The notes: a model not told the origin generated them from the letters alone. Shown: positions 22,924-33,219, counted from the stretch's first letter. The stretch: DNA of 64,000 nucleotides from Gammaproteobacteria bacterium (GCA_965116495.1 OZ220696.1:608001-672000), one strand, 5' to 3'. A program made the numbers and translations.

Positions 22924-24018
22924 ATGAAGCAATCTATGTTTTATCGTGTGATGTTGATACCCAGCGTTGTCTGGCTGTCTGTTGTCTTTGGCGCTGCTAC
23001 GGGAACGGGCCGTGAAATAGTCGAATTTCTGGTTCCCGCTGGAGCCTGGGGTGGAATCGTGACGATAAGTGTTATCACTTTGGTGTACATAACAGGTTTT
23101 TTCCTGTGTTTTGAATTGGCCCGCCTTTTCAAAGCCTACGATTACCAACTCCTAAGCACTCAATTTCTGGGCAAGTTTTGGCCAGCCTATGAAGTGGCGA
23201 TCTTGCTTGCGATGATTCTGTCACTAGCCATTGTTTCAACAGCATCTGGTGAAATATTCTTTACACGATTTCAACTGCCAAGGTTATGGGGGGTGGTTGG
23301 AATGTTAACGATTATCATTTTATTCACTTACTATGGACGGGTATTTATCGAAAAAACGATGGCATTGACATCTATGCTGTTAATCATGACGTTCATTTAT
23401 ATCGGCATTCAAGTAATCGGGGGTGATGATTTAGCTATAGCCGATACCTTTGCTAATAGCGAAGTTCATTTTCATGGTGTGTGGAATGGGTTGGTATATT
23501 CGCTTGTCATTGTGGCTCTGATGCCGCTTATATTGTATGCCGGTCGAGATATTCGTTCTCGTGGTGAATCAGTGATTGCTGCCATGTGTGCTGGCATTAC
23601 AGGGGCGTTGCCACTCTTTTTCTTGCACACGATCTTCAGCCCGGGATATCCGGAAATTCTGGATGCCGAGATGCCGACTTTCTGGTTGCTGGAAAGTATC
23701 TCGCCCGACTGGTTTATTGATATCTATGCGATTATTCTTTTTATCATGATTGTGCAAACCGGGGTGGGGATGATGCAAGGATTTATTGAAAGAATGGATA
23801 GTTGGTACAATAGGCATCACGATGGATCGTTGTCGCCATTTTGGCACGCCATGCTATCTTGCTTAACTTTAGTAATAAGTCTTCTACTCTCTACTATGGG
23901 TTTCATTGAACTCGTCAGGAATGCGTATTGGCTGTTGTTCTATTGCTTCATCTTAATTTTCTGGGTTCCGCTCATGACAATCGGTGTTTACAAGGTTTAC
24001 AAGCACCGTGACAATTAA
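22924..24018 (+). CDS. YkvI-like membrane protein (putative amino-acid transporter)
   Basis: About 10 TM segments; SVVFGAATGTGREIVEF N-terminal motif. Confidence 0.7.
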   Translation: MKQSMFYRVMLIPSVVWLSVVFGAATGTGREIVEFLVPAGAWGGIVTISVITLVYITGFFLCFELARLFKAYDYQLLSTQFLGKFWPAYEVAILLAMILSLAIVSTASGEIFFTRFQLPRLWGVVGMLTIIILFTYYGRVFIEKTMALTSMLLIMTFIYIGIQVIGGDDLAIADTFANSEVHFHGVWNGLVYSLVIVALMPLILYAGRDIRSRGESVIAAMCAGITGALPLFFLHTIFSPGYPEILDAEMPTFWLLESISPDWFIDIYAIILFIMIVQTGVGMMQGFIERMDSWYNRHHDGSLSPFWHAMLSCLTLVISLLLSTMGFIELVRNAYWLLFYCFILIFWVPLMTIGVYKVYKHRDN

Positions 24019-24062
24019 GTTCAACTCCCTAATGAGTAACCTGACTAACGAGTGAGGATTCC

Positions 24063-25238
24063 ATGAGCGATAATAATTTCAACTTGAGTCCGGATTACTA
24101 CCAGATTCTGGATGCTGCAGATCGTTATGCCAAAGAGGAACTTCATCCTCTTTGGCGGAAAATGGACGAGCAGGACTGGTATCCAGAACATATCATGACT
24201 CAGTTAGGGAGCGATGGCTGGCTGGGAATTACTGTTCCTGAGGAAATGGGTGGGGCGGGTATGGATCTGCTGTCACAGAGCCTGGTATGCCAGGCGTTTC
24301 ATCGGTGGAACCATAGTATAGGCGCCATCGCTGGTGCCCATGACAACCTGTGTGTTAACAATATTCTGCGTAATGCGTCGCCAGCAATAGTGGAAAAGTA
24401 CATTCCCGACATGATAGCCGGTAAGAAAGTGGGCGCGTTAGGCATGACGGAGCCTGGTGCTGGCTCTGATGCTGTCGGTAGTATGGTGACCAGCGCCAGG
24501 CGAGAAGGTGATAAATACGTTATTAACGGGCGGAAAATATTCTGTTCAAACGGCCCGTTCGCTGATGTCATCCTGATGTATGCCAAGACCGATAAGGAAA
24601 AAGGTGCCGGTGGTGTCTCAGCTTTCGTTGTGGACACCAATGCTCCCGGTTTCTCCGTGGCGCAGAATTTACCCAAAATGGGCTGGCGCGGTCAGCACAC
24701 TGGTGAACTCGTTTTTGATGACTGTGAAATACCGGTGGAAAATCTGGTTGGGGAGGAAAACAAGGGTATCGCAGTGTTGATGAGCGGTCTGGATATCGAG
24801 CGCGTGTATTGCTCCTTCGAATGCCTGGGCATGGCCGAGCGCGCTTTTGATCTGGCCCTGGAATACGCTAAAGATAGAAAACAATTTGGTCAACCAATCG
24901 GTAATTTCCAGATGGTACAAGATATGCTGGCCACTATGTATACCACTGTTGAGTCGATGCGGTTGATGTGTTACCGGGCGGCTACCGAATTTAACTATCT
25001 GGAAAAAGGTAGCGGTGGTCGTGGGGCTGAGCACAAGTTGTCAGCAGCGACATTTCTTCACTGCGGTGAGGGTGTTACCAAGGTTACTGACCTGGCGGTA
25101 CAAATCTGGGGAGGCTATGGTTTTATCACCGAATCAGAGGTTAATTACCTGTTCCGGGGTGCCCGCCTGATGACTATCGGAGGTGGTACAGCCCAAATTC
25201 GCAAGATAATCATCGCAGAAGAACTTATGCGTCAGTGA
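24063..25238 (+). CDS. Acyl-CoA dehydrogenase, isovaleryl-CoA DH type
   Basis: GMTEPGAGSDA, YVINGRK, GLDIER (IVD-type catalytic Glu), RKQFGQPI, IGGGT. Confidence 0.9.
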   Translation: MSDNNFNLSPDYYQILDAADRYAKEELHPLWRKMDEQDWYPEHIMTQLGSDGWLGITVPEEMGGAGMDLLSQSLVCQAFHRWNHSIGAIAGAHDNLCVNNILRNASPAIVEKYIPDMIAGKKVGALGMTEPGAGSDAVGSMVTSARREGDKYVINGRKIFCSNGPFADVILMYAKTDKEKGAGGVSAFVVDTNAPGFSVAQNLPKMGWRGQHTGELVFDDCEIPVENLVGEENKGIAVLMSGLDIERVYCSFECLGMAERAFDLALEYAKDRKQFGQPIGNFQMVQDMLATMYTTVESMRLMCYRAATEFNYLEKGSGGRGAEHKLSAATFLHCGEGVTKVTDLAVQIWGGYGFITESEVNYLFRGARLMTIGGGTAQIRKIIIAEELMRQ

Positions 25239-25261
25239 TTATAGGTTGATGGCCAAATAAA

Positions 25262-25333
25262 GCTGTTCGCCATTTAAAGAGGTACGCGGGCCGGGTTTAG
25301 AACGTCCTGAGACAGTTCGGTCGCTATCGACCG
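25262..25333 (+). pseudogene. Degenerate 23S rRNA fragment (E. coli ~2550-2621, A-loop/helix 93)
   Basis: 63/67 identical to window 10780-10846 (66/72 to 10851) by manual alignment. Confidence 0.9.
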
Positions 25334-25441
25334 GCCTTTTTTTAAGTCGTTCTTCCGGTTTATCGACCAACACCGGATTGAACCGTCTGGTCTGGTATGA
25401 AACAATTGAAGCAAATTCATGGAAAAAAAGAACGGGCAAAA

Positions 25442-26785
25442 ATGAAAAGAAGAGATTTCATGAAATATACCGGTGCGAGCTGCGCGATGCTTGCTGCCAC
25501 TGATAGTCTCGCAGCAATAGATGACTGGAGCTCTATCCATCCACCGGTAGTTGGGGAGCTGGACCTCAATGAAATCAATATAGTAGACACGCATGTGCAT
25601 CCACCCCACCCGATCACGTTGAGCGAATCTTACGATAAATGGAATTCATCCTTTGTTGGTTCAATGCTGCCCGGTTATGAATACGAAGGTAAGGAACAAT
25701 TAAGGAAGAGACTGTCATCCGTATTCAAGCAACACCTGTATAACATGCCGAGACAAACCGGTTATTACAACTATGTAGCAAGGGTGTATGGTGTAAAACC
25801 CGATTTAGACGGGTTTAACTCAGTTGTTACCAGAGGCATAAAAAGCGGTTTCAGCAGTTATATAGCATCCATTCTGGACCGGGAAAAAATAGAAAAGGTA
25901 GTATTGGAATCACGTGAAATTGAAGCCAGACGGCCGGAGAGTCCAATCCCATCCGATCGATTTGTATGGAGTTACAATATTGCTAGGATTATTCAACCGG
26001 AATGGGCTGCCGAGAAAGGATTAAGTTCTCTAAGGGATGTCGTCGCCGAAATAAGTAATATCCTGGAGCGCTGTGTGGCTGATGGTTGTGTCGGATTCAA
26101 GGTTAATGTGGCCTATTACAGGCCCCTGGGTATTGATTTGATTGATGCTGAAACGGCGGAAAAGGCCTTGCGGAAACTGCTTAAAAACCCTGCTACCTCG
26201 TTTGTACCATTCAGTAACGTTGCGGATTATCAAGAAACCGACATGCAGGAAGCGTTTCGCAATTACCAGGACTTCTTACTCAGGCATATTTATATCAAAG
26301 CAGGCGAGTTGAAGTCACGGGTTATTATTCATACCGCGGTGGCATTGCACCCGGCATTGAGGTTTGATTTCAATAGTCCATTAAGATTGAGAGATGTATT
26401 TCTGGATGACGAAATCAAAAAAGTAGAGACCCGGTTCCTCCTGATTCATACCGGGTATCCGTATCATCAGCACGTTGCGGCAATGCTGAGCCAGTTTCCT
26501 AACGTGTATACGGATCTTTCTTTCTATTCAAAGTTTCCCGGTGTGTTGGAAGAGACGTTGAGAGCCTTTCTGGCTTTGGCGCCGGCTGACAAGGTAATGC
26601 ATGGTAGTGATTCCAATAATGTACCTGAGGAGATAGGTTACTGCGCCTGGAATGTTCGTCAGGTCCTGGCGAAAATATTAAGAGATTACAAGTCCAATTA
26701 CGGCTGGAGTCAGTCCAATTGCGAAGAGATCGCAAATAAAGTATTACACGAAAATGCGAAAAGGCTTTTTTCAATCGACGGCTGA
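25442..26785 (+). CDS. Tat-exported amidohydrolase family protein
   Basis: MKRRDFMK twin-arginine signal; IVDTHVH, IIHTA, LIHTGYPY, HGSDS metal ligands. Confidence 0.85.
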   Translation: MKRRDFMKYTGASCAMLAATDSLAAIDDWSSIHPPVVGELDLNEINIVDTHVHPPHPITLSESYDKWNSSFVGSMLPGYEYEGKEQLRKRLSSVFKQHLYNMPRQTGYYNYVARVYGVKPDLDGFNSVVTRGIKSGFSSYIASILDREKIEKVVLESREIEARRPESPIPSDRFVWSYNIARIIQPEWAAEKGLSSLRDVVAEISNILERCVADGCVGFKVNVAYYRPLGIDLIDAETAEKALRKLLKNPATSFVPFSNVADYQETDMQEAFRNYQDFLLRHIYIKAGELKSRVIIHTAVALHPALRFDFNSPLRLRDVFLDDEIKKVETRFLLIHTGYPYHQHVAAMLSQFPNVYTDLSFYSKFPGVLEETLRAFLALAPADKVMHGSDSNNVPEEIGYCAWNVRQVLAKILRDYKSNYGWSQSNCEEIANKVLHENAKRLFSIDG

Positions 26786-26880
26786 GCAGCCTGGTGAGAA
26801 GGTAATCATCCGTCTATAAGCATTGTGGAATAAAGTCGCGCCAGTCTGGGCCGGCGCCAGGTCACCGCCAGGGCATAATA

Positions 26881-26908
26881 AAAAAGGCCGGTCGTCAGAC
26901 TGGCCTTT
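26881..26908 (-). terminator. Hairpin terminator; near-identical copy at 51799-51822
   Basis: AAAAAGGCCGGTC-GTCA-GACTGGCCTTT just past the TBDR stop. Confidence 0.75.
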
Positions 26909-26926
26909 AGTTTAATTGAGTTGATT

Positions 26927-29266
26927 TTACCAGTTGTAGCCGACTTCAACTCCATAGGTGCGGGGCGGCCCCTGCATCTGATGGGCAAATCCCAAGCCGC
27001 TGATAATATCCTGACCGGATGTGAGGTATTTCTCGTTGGTGAGATTCATGACCCACAGTGCCGCATCCCAGTTGCCGTTATCCTGTTGCATGCTCAGGCG
27101 ACCATTCAGCAGGAAGTAGCCGTCTTCTTCCAGTATCAGGCGGTTATTGGGTTCCAGAAAATGTTTGTCGACATACTTGAAGTCACCCTGAAGGTAAGGG
27201 CGAAATCCCCCCATGAGCGGCAATTCCAAACGCGCCCGCCCGTTAAAAGACCAGTCCGGAGCGTTGGTGATCTCGTTACCCTTGATAGTCGCGGCAGGAC
27301 CTCCTCCAAGTGAAGACAGGACAACTTCGGTCTCAACGATTTCATTGTCCAGCCAACTTACGCCCAAATCGACATAGAACCGTTCAGTCATCAGCCACTG
27401 TATAGACCCTTCAGCCCCGAAGATTTCCACGTCACCGGCGTTTTGCAGGCGCGCACTGATCTCGGTGCCACGCACGAATGTAGCCTGGTAACCCTCGAAG
27501 TCATAGAAAAATCCACTTGCATTGAACTGCATGCGTCCGTCCAGCAGGGTCCACTTGAACCCGCCTTCATAGGCCCGGAGGGATTCGACACCGAATGGCT
27601 CCAGCGCCGGTTGTGAAAATATCACGGCGCCTGAATATCCACCGCTACGAAAGCCTTCACTCACGGACATATACCACATCATATTGTCGGTCGGGCTGTA
27701 TTTGAGCGCGACCCGGAAGTCGACGTTTTCTTCGTCCTGCTTGTTCTCGAAGTCCAGGGGGCCGCCGGGCATAAAGCCGTCGCAAGTGCCGCCGGGCGTG
27801 ATGGGCAAGGCCGATAATGGACAGGGTGTGAAACCGGGGGTTGTCAGGGACGCAAAAGCGTTATCGAGGTCCGTATAAGTGCCGATAAACGAACCGCCTG
27901 TCCAGTCGCGTTCTTCGTGCGTGAAACGCAGACCAGCCTCGACCTCGACCTGGTCGGTAATGGGAACAGTGACATCGCCGAATACCGCCCAGGATTCCGT
28001 ATCCTGGTCGGCGCCGTTGCTGGTCGGTATCGCGATGTCGCTCAGGTCAATGGTCTGGAACCAGGCGATGTCGCTCTGGAAGTAAAAGCCGCCTATGATC
28101 CACTCAAATCCCCAGGAATCATCCGACGTGATGCGCACCTCCTGGCTGAAGCTGTCTACCTCGCTGTCGATGGTGTCGTTATTGCCGATCACGAAACGGG
28201 AGGCATCGAGATCCTGCGACTGCTCTTTTTCGAAGTGCTCATAACCGGTGATCGAGGTGACAGTGAAACGCGGTAAACGCCAGTTGATATGTCCTATCAC
28301 GTTATGATCTTCCATTTCGACCATGGGCTCGGCGTCGGCCTCGGTATCGAAGCGGTTATCGTCGGGATCAAAATTCCCCAGCAAACCCACACATTGTCCT
28401 TCGGCGCGCCTTCCCGCCTGCACAGGGGCGCAGACTCCACCCCCGGCAGGGTCCAGCGCATTGGAAGCCTCGAGTAGCGGTTCCTCGGACTCATGGTAAC
28501 CGTAGTTGAAGATCACCCGCGCATCAAAATCCTCCGTCGGCAGCCAGTGGAGTTGGCCGCGCACTGCGATCCGGTCGTCTTCACCAATGGTATTATCCGT
28601 CAGACGGTTGTAAGCGTAACCCGAACCCGAGTCACTGAGCTGTCCGGAAACGGACACCCGGCCCAGCAGGGTTTCAGAGAGCGGGCCGCTCACCGCGCCC
28701 TCGACGGTGGCGGTGTTATAGCGCTGGTAACCGGCGCGAACATAGCCTTCCGCTTCAGACGTCGGCAGGGCCGAGATAATGTTCACCGCGCCGCCGGTGC
28801 TGTTACGGCCGTAGAGTGTTCCTTGCGGACCCTTGAGCACTTCAACCCGCTCCACGTCCATCAGGGCGAAGTTCAAGGTATCCGGCGTGGGCTTGTAGAC
28901 CTCGTCCACGTAGACGCCGACCGATGAATCGACCGTGCCCGAAAAATCGTTGATCCCCACGCCGCGCAGGTAAAAGCTCACGGTTCGCAGGCCGTTCGGA
29001 CCGAACTTGGTAAGCAGCCCGGGTGTCTGCATGGCCAGGTCTCTCGGCTCCTTGATTCTCAGCGAATGGAGGTCTTCGCCTGAAAACACCGTGACCGGAT
29101 TGGCGACGTTCTGAAGCGTCTCCTCACGCTTCTGGGCGGTCACCACGATTTCTTCCAACACCTGGGCCGGCACAGTAACACTGAACATCAGTAATCCGAA
29201 TCCGGCGCACAGGTAACGGCAGATGTAAGGAAGTCGAACTAGCAGACAAGCGGTTTGCAATGGCAT
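26927..29266 (-). CDS. TonB-dependent receptor
   Basis: LEEIVVTAQKR, ERVEVLKGPQGTLYGRNSTGGA, PRTYGVEVGYNW. Confidence 0.94.
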   Translation of the reverse strand: MPLQTACLLVRLPYICRYLCAGFGLLMFSVTVPAQVLEEIVVTAQKREETLQNVANPVTVFSGEDLHSLRIKEPRDLAMQTPGLLTKFGPNGLRTVSFYLRGVGINDFSGTVDSSVGVYVDEVYKPTPDTLNFALMDVERVEVLKGPQGTLYGRNSTGGAVNIISALPTSEAEGYVRAGYQRYNTATVEGAVSGPLSETLLGRVSVSGQLSDSGSGYAYNRLTDNTIGEDDRIAVRGQLHWLPTEDFDARVIFNYGYHESEEPLLEASNALDPAGGGVCAPVQAGRRAEGQCVGLLGNFDPDDNRFDTEADAEPMVEMEDHNVIGHINWRLPRFTVTSITGYEHFEKEQSQDLDASRFVIGNNDTIDSEVDSFSQEVRITSDDSWGFEWIIGGFYFQSDIAWFQTIDLSDIAIPTSNGADQDTESWAVFGDVTVPITDQVEVEAGLRFTHEERDWTGGSFIGTYTDLDNAFASLTTPGFTPCPLSALPITPGGTCDGFMPGGPLDFENKQDEENVDFRVALKYSPTDNMMWYMSVSEGFRSGGYSGAVIFSQPALEPFGVESLRAYEGGFKWTLLDGRMQFNASGFFYDFEGYQATFVRGTEISARLQNAGDVEIFGAEGSIQWLMTERFYVDLGVSWLDNEIVETEVVLSSLGGGPAATIKGNEITNAPDWSFNGRARLELPLMGGFRPYLQGDFKYVDKHFLEPNNRLILEEDGYFLLNGRLSMQQDNGNWDAALWVMNLTNEKYLTSGQDIISGLGFAHQMQGPPRTYGVEVGYNW

Positions 29267-29363
29267 CTGACAATCCTCCTCGCGAGGTGTTGTACTTATA
29301 AAACAACCAGGAATAAATCAGGACAAACTGTAATCATCCTAGCTGAAACTGAATTCACATTCA

Positions 29364-29400
29364 ACCATGGCTCCGAGGACAACACCATGGCTCCGAGGAC
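29364..29400 (+). repeat. 17-bp direct repeat (period 20)
   Basis: ACCATGGCTCCGAGGAC at 29364-29380 and 29384-29400. Confidence 0.85.
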
Positions 29401-29489
29401 GTAGGCTATATATTCCGCCTGCTCCGGCGGAATCGATGCCTGGTATTTGAAGACATCTGGTGTTTTGCCATGCGGTTGTGTGAGTGAGA

Positions 29490-30545
29490 CTACATATTTA
29501 CAGTATATAGCCAGTTAAACCTGTCCGGCGCACGGCCCTCCTGGATATCGAGCAGTTCATTCCGCAGCCTGTTCGAGACAGGGCCGGAAACCTCGGGTAA
29601 TTCATAAATGGCGCCATCCTTCTCGGCTATCACGCTGATTGGGGCGATGACGGCCGCAGTGCCGCAGGCAAAGGCCTCGGTACACCGTTTTGAACGAATT
29701 TGTTGCAGCAGCGCGTCGATTGCAATCTTTCCTTCCCGGACCGGGATCCCGAGATCTGCTGCCAGGGCAATCACTGAATCCCGCGTCACTCCCGGGAGAA
29801 TCGTACCGCCCGTTTCAGGGGTATGTAACTCTCCGTCAATCACCGCAAAAAAATTCATGGCTGACAATTCTTCAATGTATTTCTGTGCGCGTGCATCAAG
29901 CCACAGGGGCTGGTTGAAGCCGCTGTCCATTGCAGCCGTCGAGGAATGCAGGGATGCGCCGTAATTACCGCTGGCCTTGACATTGCCGGTGCCACCTGTA
30001 GAGGCGCGGGTCCTTTCCCGCTCCACCACGACCCGCAGGCTGCCGGCGATGAGGGCGTCCGAGGGGCTGGCGATAACGAGAAAAGTAAAACGGTCGGAAG
30101 GGGTCAGGCCCAGTGAAGGCTGCGTACCGAACATCAGTGGACGCAGGTAGAGCGATTGGCCCGGCAGTCCCGGAATGAGTGGGCCGGCGCATGCGGAAAG
30201 CGCGGATACCCCTTCAATAAAGTATGTCTCGGGCAGTTCAGGCATCAGCATGCGTGTGCACGAGCGCTTGAACCTGGCGGCATTCATATGCGGCCTGAAC
30301 AGTTTTATCTGTGCATGTTCTCCCCGGTATGCCTTGAGTCCCTCGAACACAACCTGCGCGAAATGCAATACTTTCGCGGCGGGGTCAATGGAAATGCCGG
30401 CATAAGGCAATAATTGACTCTCGCCCCAGGCGCCGTCCGCAAAATCGAGCCGGTACATGACCGGCGCGAGGGTATCTCCGAAGCCCAGTTCATCAGGCAA
30501 CTCGAAGCGCTCAATGGCTGGTAATACTTCCGGATGGACGTTCAT
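29490..30545 (-). CDS. ilvE: Branched-chain amino acid aminotransferase
   Basis: VFEGLKAY, LYLRP, VKASGNYG (PLP Lys), ILPGVTRDS, EAFACGTAA. Confidence 0.9.
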   Translation of the reverse strand: MNVHPEVLPAIERFELPDELGFGDTLAPVMYRLDFADGAWGESQLLPYAGISIDPAAKVLHFAQVVFEGLKAYRGEHAQIKLFRPHMNAARFKRSCTRMLMPELPETYFIEGVSALSACAGPLIPGLPGQSLYLRPLMFGTQPSLGLTPSDRFTFLVIASPSDALIAGSLRVVVERERTRASTGGTGNVKASGNYGASLHSSTAAMDSGFNQPLWLDARAQKYIEELSAMNFFAVIDGELHTPETGGTILPGVTRDSVIALAADLGIPVREGKIAIDALLQQIRSKRCTEAFACGTAAVIAPISVIAEKDGAIYELPEVSGPVSNRLRNELLDIQEGRAPDRFNWLYTVNM

Positions 30546-30621
30546 CGTGACTATTGTTGCCAGGGGGCAGAATTAACTCTGTCCCCGAAGTTCACACAGT
30601 AATGAGACGAAGTTACCCGTT

Positions 30622-31851
30622 TCATCCGGGCAGTCCGTTTTCAATGATATCCGAGACAAACTCGCCCATTACCTCGATTCCCAGGGCTATGTCTGCTTCA
30701 CGGGTATCCTCGGCAACAACATGACTGTGTCCACCGAGGCTGGGCACAAATAACATGGCCGTAGGCACTTTCTTCGCAAATAACATGCAATCATGGCCGC
30801 CGCCACTGGGCATACGCATACGCGGGGCATTGCAGCGTTCGGCGGCCGCTTCCAGGCGCTCCGCGAGGTTTGAATCCATACGTTCCGGCGGTATGTTAAC
30901 GCCGGGTATCCATTTGTGGCCGACCTTATGCTTTGCCCCGGCCTCGGCTGCAAGCTCTGGAATAGCCTTGTTGATACGGGTGAGTATATCCGCTGAAGTA
31001 TCGCGGTATTCGAGGAATACCTCCGCTTCCCGGGCGGTTACATTGTAGGCCCCCGGTTCCAGCCGCAGCTTGCCGATATTCCAGACCGTGGAATCACTGC
31101 AGTGATGATGGCAGAATTGCGCGAACATTACCGCAAAATCATACGCCGCGGCCGCGGCATCCTGGCGCATCGCCATCGGCACGGTGCCTGCATGACCCGC
31201 CTTGCCGAAGAAAAAAACCTGCGAACGTCCGACCCCTACAATTTCGGTGACGATACCGATTATCCTGTCGTTGCTTTCCAGCACTGGGCCCTGTTCGATA
31301 TGCGCCTCGATGCAGGCGACGTCCCGTGCCGGATCAAATGTGGCAACAGGCTCGCCCGCGTAACCGGCATTGCGCAGGGCGTCTCCCAGCACGGTGCCGT
31401 CATCCGCAACGGATTCAACCACCTGTTCCAGCGATTTAAGTCCGCTGTAGATGGAACTGCCGAACAACGCGTTGAAACGGCCTTCTTCGTCACTGAAAGA
31501 GAAGGCTTTCACGCCGGTACCGGCGCTGCCGACGGATTCCACCCATGCCCTGGCTATCTCCAGAGCAAAGATGACGCCCAATGCCCCGTCCAGCCACCCG
31601 CCCTTGGGAACGGTATCGGAATGAGAGCCGATAATGATGTAACGTTCGCAGCCCGGTGTTTTACCTGTTACGTTGCCGGCGCCGTCAATGGCGGCATCAA
31701 GCCCGGCTTGCTGCATGCGCTCCAGCAACCAGGCGCGTGCGGCAATATCTTCGGGAGTGAACCCGCGCCGGTTCACGCCAGATTCAAATTTGCCGAATTC
31801 AGCGAGCGCCTTCAAATCTTCAATAGTCCTGTTTGCGTCAACGGTTAACAT
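30622..31851 (-). CDS. M20 Zn-dependent N-carbamoyl-amino-acid / allantoate amidohydrolase
   Basis: GSHSDTVPKGGWLDGALG, DEEGRF, EAHIEQGPVLE, GHAGTVPM, SGGGHD, GHSH. Confidence 0.9.
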   Translation of the reverse strand: MLTVDANRTIEDLKALAEFGKFESGVNRRGFTPEDIAARAWLLERMQQAGLDAAIDGAGNVTGKTPGCERYIIIGSHSDTVPKGGWLDGALGVIFALEIARAWVESVGSAGTGVKAFSFSDEEGRFNALFGSSIYSGLKSLEQVVESVADDGTVLGDALRNAGYAGEPVATFDPARDVACIEAHIEQGPVLESNDRIIGIVTEIVGVGRSQVFFFGKAGHAGTVPMAMRQDAAAAAYDFAVMFAQFCHHHCSDSTVWNIGKLRLEPGAYNVTAREAEVFLEYRDTSADILTRINKAIPELAAEAGAKHKVGHKWIPGVNIPPERMDSNLAERLEAAAERCNAPRMRMPSGGGHDCMLFAKKVPTAMLFVPSLGGHSHVVAEDTREADIALGIEVMGEFVSDIIENGLPG

Positions 31852-31864
31852 CTTTCAACTGTCT

Positions 31865-33214
31865 TCATTTTGTACGCCGGATTGATTCGGTAAGTGTGAG
31901 CGCCCGGTCGAGAACAAAATAGCTCACTATTCCAAGCGGCAATCCCACCAGCCAGGAAATCTGCAACCACCAGATCATGGTGACGAGGGAAGCCGCCAGC
32001 GTACTGACGATGGCAGCGGGGTTCAGTCCGGCGCTGTACCAGTACCTGCTCCCCGGACTCTCGTCGTATAGATCATCGACCTGCAATTGATCTTTCTCCA
32101 GCCAGCGCTGGGCAAGCATGCAACCCAGGAGCGGCCCGAAAAACGCAGTGTAGTAATTGATGAAAGCAACAAAATTCGCGCCGCTTTCAAGCAGGACCCA
32201 GGGAAACGAAAGACTCGCGAGAATCCCCGTCAAAATGACTCCTTTTTGCCAGTTGAATCCGAATAACTCCTCGAAAATGAATGCCGGCGGCAAGATATTA
32301 ATGGTCAAGTTGGTGCTGAACTGTGCTACCAGGATGAAAACCAGCATCAGTATCATGACCACTGGGCCCGGGGACAATTGCATCAGCGCCTGTATGGGGT
32401 CCCATTGGCCGGTCGTCACCGCGGACACGAAGCCGAGAAACATCATTAACCCCAGGGGCGGTATGAGTCCGAACAAATGTCCCAGCCACATGCTGCTTTG
32501 CTTGTTTTCGAGATAGCGGGTCAAATCGCTTGCGCTGACCATGACCGCGACAAGAATACCCACGGTGGCGTTTACCCCGGTCCAGAATGACCAGCCCCAG
32601 TCGCCGCTGACGCGCCAGGTCTCGTCGATTTCGAACTGCTCGTTTTGCAGCGTGGAAATCAGCATCTCCACGATGATCAGTACCAGCGCTATGGATGCCG
32701 CAACGGTAAACCATTTCATCATCCGGATGCCGCGGCAGGCGAACCATGTTTGGATGATGAGAAAAGCAAAAAAGTAAATCAGCTTGATACCGTCAAAGGT
32801 AAACCCTGTCAGGGTCTGGATAATCCCATCCATGGCCAGGGCGGCTATCCAGGTACCGAAGCCATACCAGACAATTGCCGGCACCAGGCGGATAAGCTCT
32901 GGGAAACGCGCGCCCCGAATGCCGAATGACGCCCGTACCTGTATGCAAAACGGTATCCCGTGCTGCAAGCCGGCCTTCCCATTGAGACTCATGAACAGCG
33001 TCATGATCAGCGCAGACAACAGTATGACCGCGCTGCCCTGGACCAGGGAAAGATTTCCCTGCGGCGGCAGCAAAGCCTGGCCCAGTACAAAGCCCTGGAT
33101 AACAATCAGTGATGCCCACAGCATCAGAGTATAGGACAGGAGGTTGAACACCCTGTCGCCGTGACCGACCGGTTTCAAACCCTCGATTCTTGAATTGCCA
33201 CCCGCGTCAGCCAT
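31865..33214 (-). CDS. NCS1 family (allantoin/cytosine) permease
   Basis: About 12 TM; [38 protein letters not shown]. Confidence 0.9.
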   Translation of the reverse strand: MADAGGNSRIEGLKPVGHGDRVFNLLSYTLMLWASLIVIQGFVLGQALLPPQGNLSLVQGSAVILLSALIMTLFMSLNGKAGLQHGIPFCIQVRASFGIRGARFPELIRLVPAIVWYGFGTWIAALAMDGIIQTLTGFTFDGIKLIYFFAFLIIQTWFACRGIRMMKWFTVAASIALVLIIVEMLISTLQNEQFEIDETWRVSGDWGWSFWTGVNATVGILVAVMVSASDLTRYLENKQSSMWLGHLFGLIPPLGLMMFLGFVSAVTTGQWDPIQALMQLSPGPVVMILMLVFILVAQFSTNLTINILPPAFIFEELFGFNWQKGVILTGILASLSFPWVLLESGANFVAFINYYTAFFGPLLGCMLAQRWLEKDQLQVDDLYDESPGSRYWYSAGLNPAAIVSTLAASLVTMIWWLQISWLVGLPLGIVSYFVLDRALTLTESIRRTK

Positions 33215-33219
33215 CGCTT

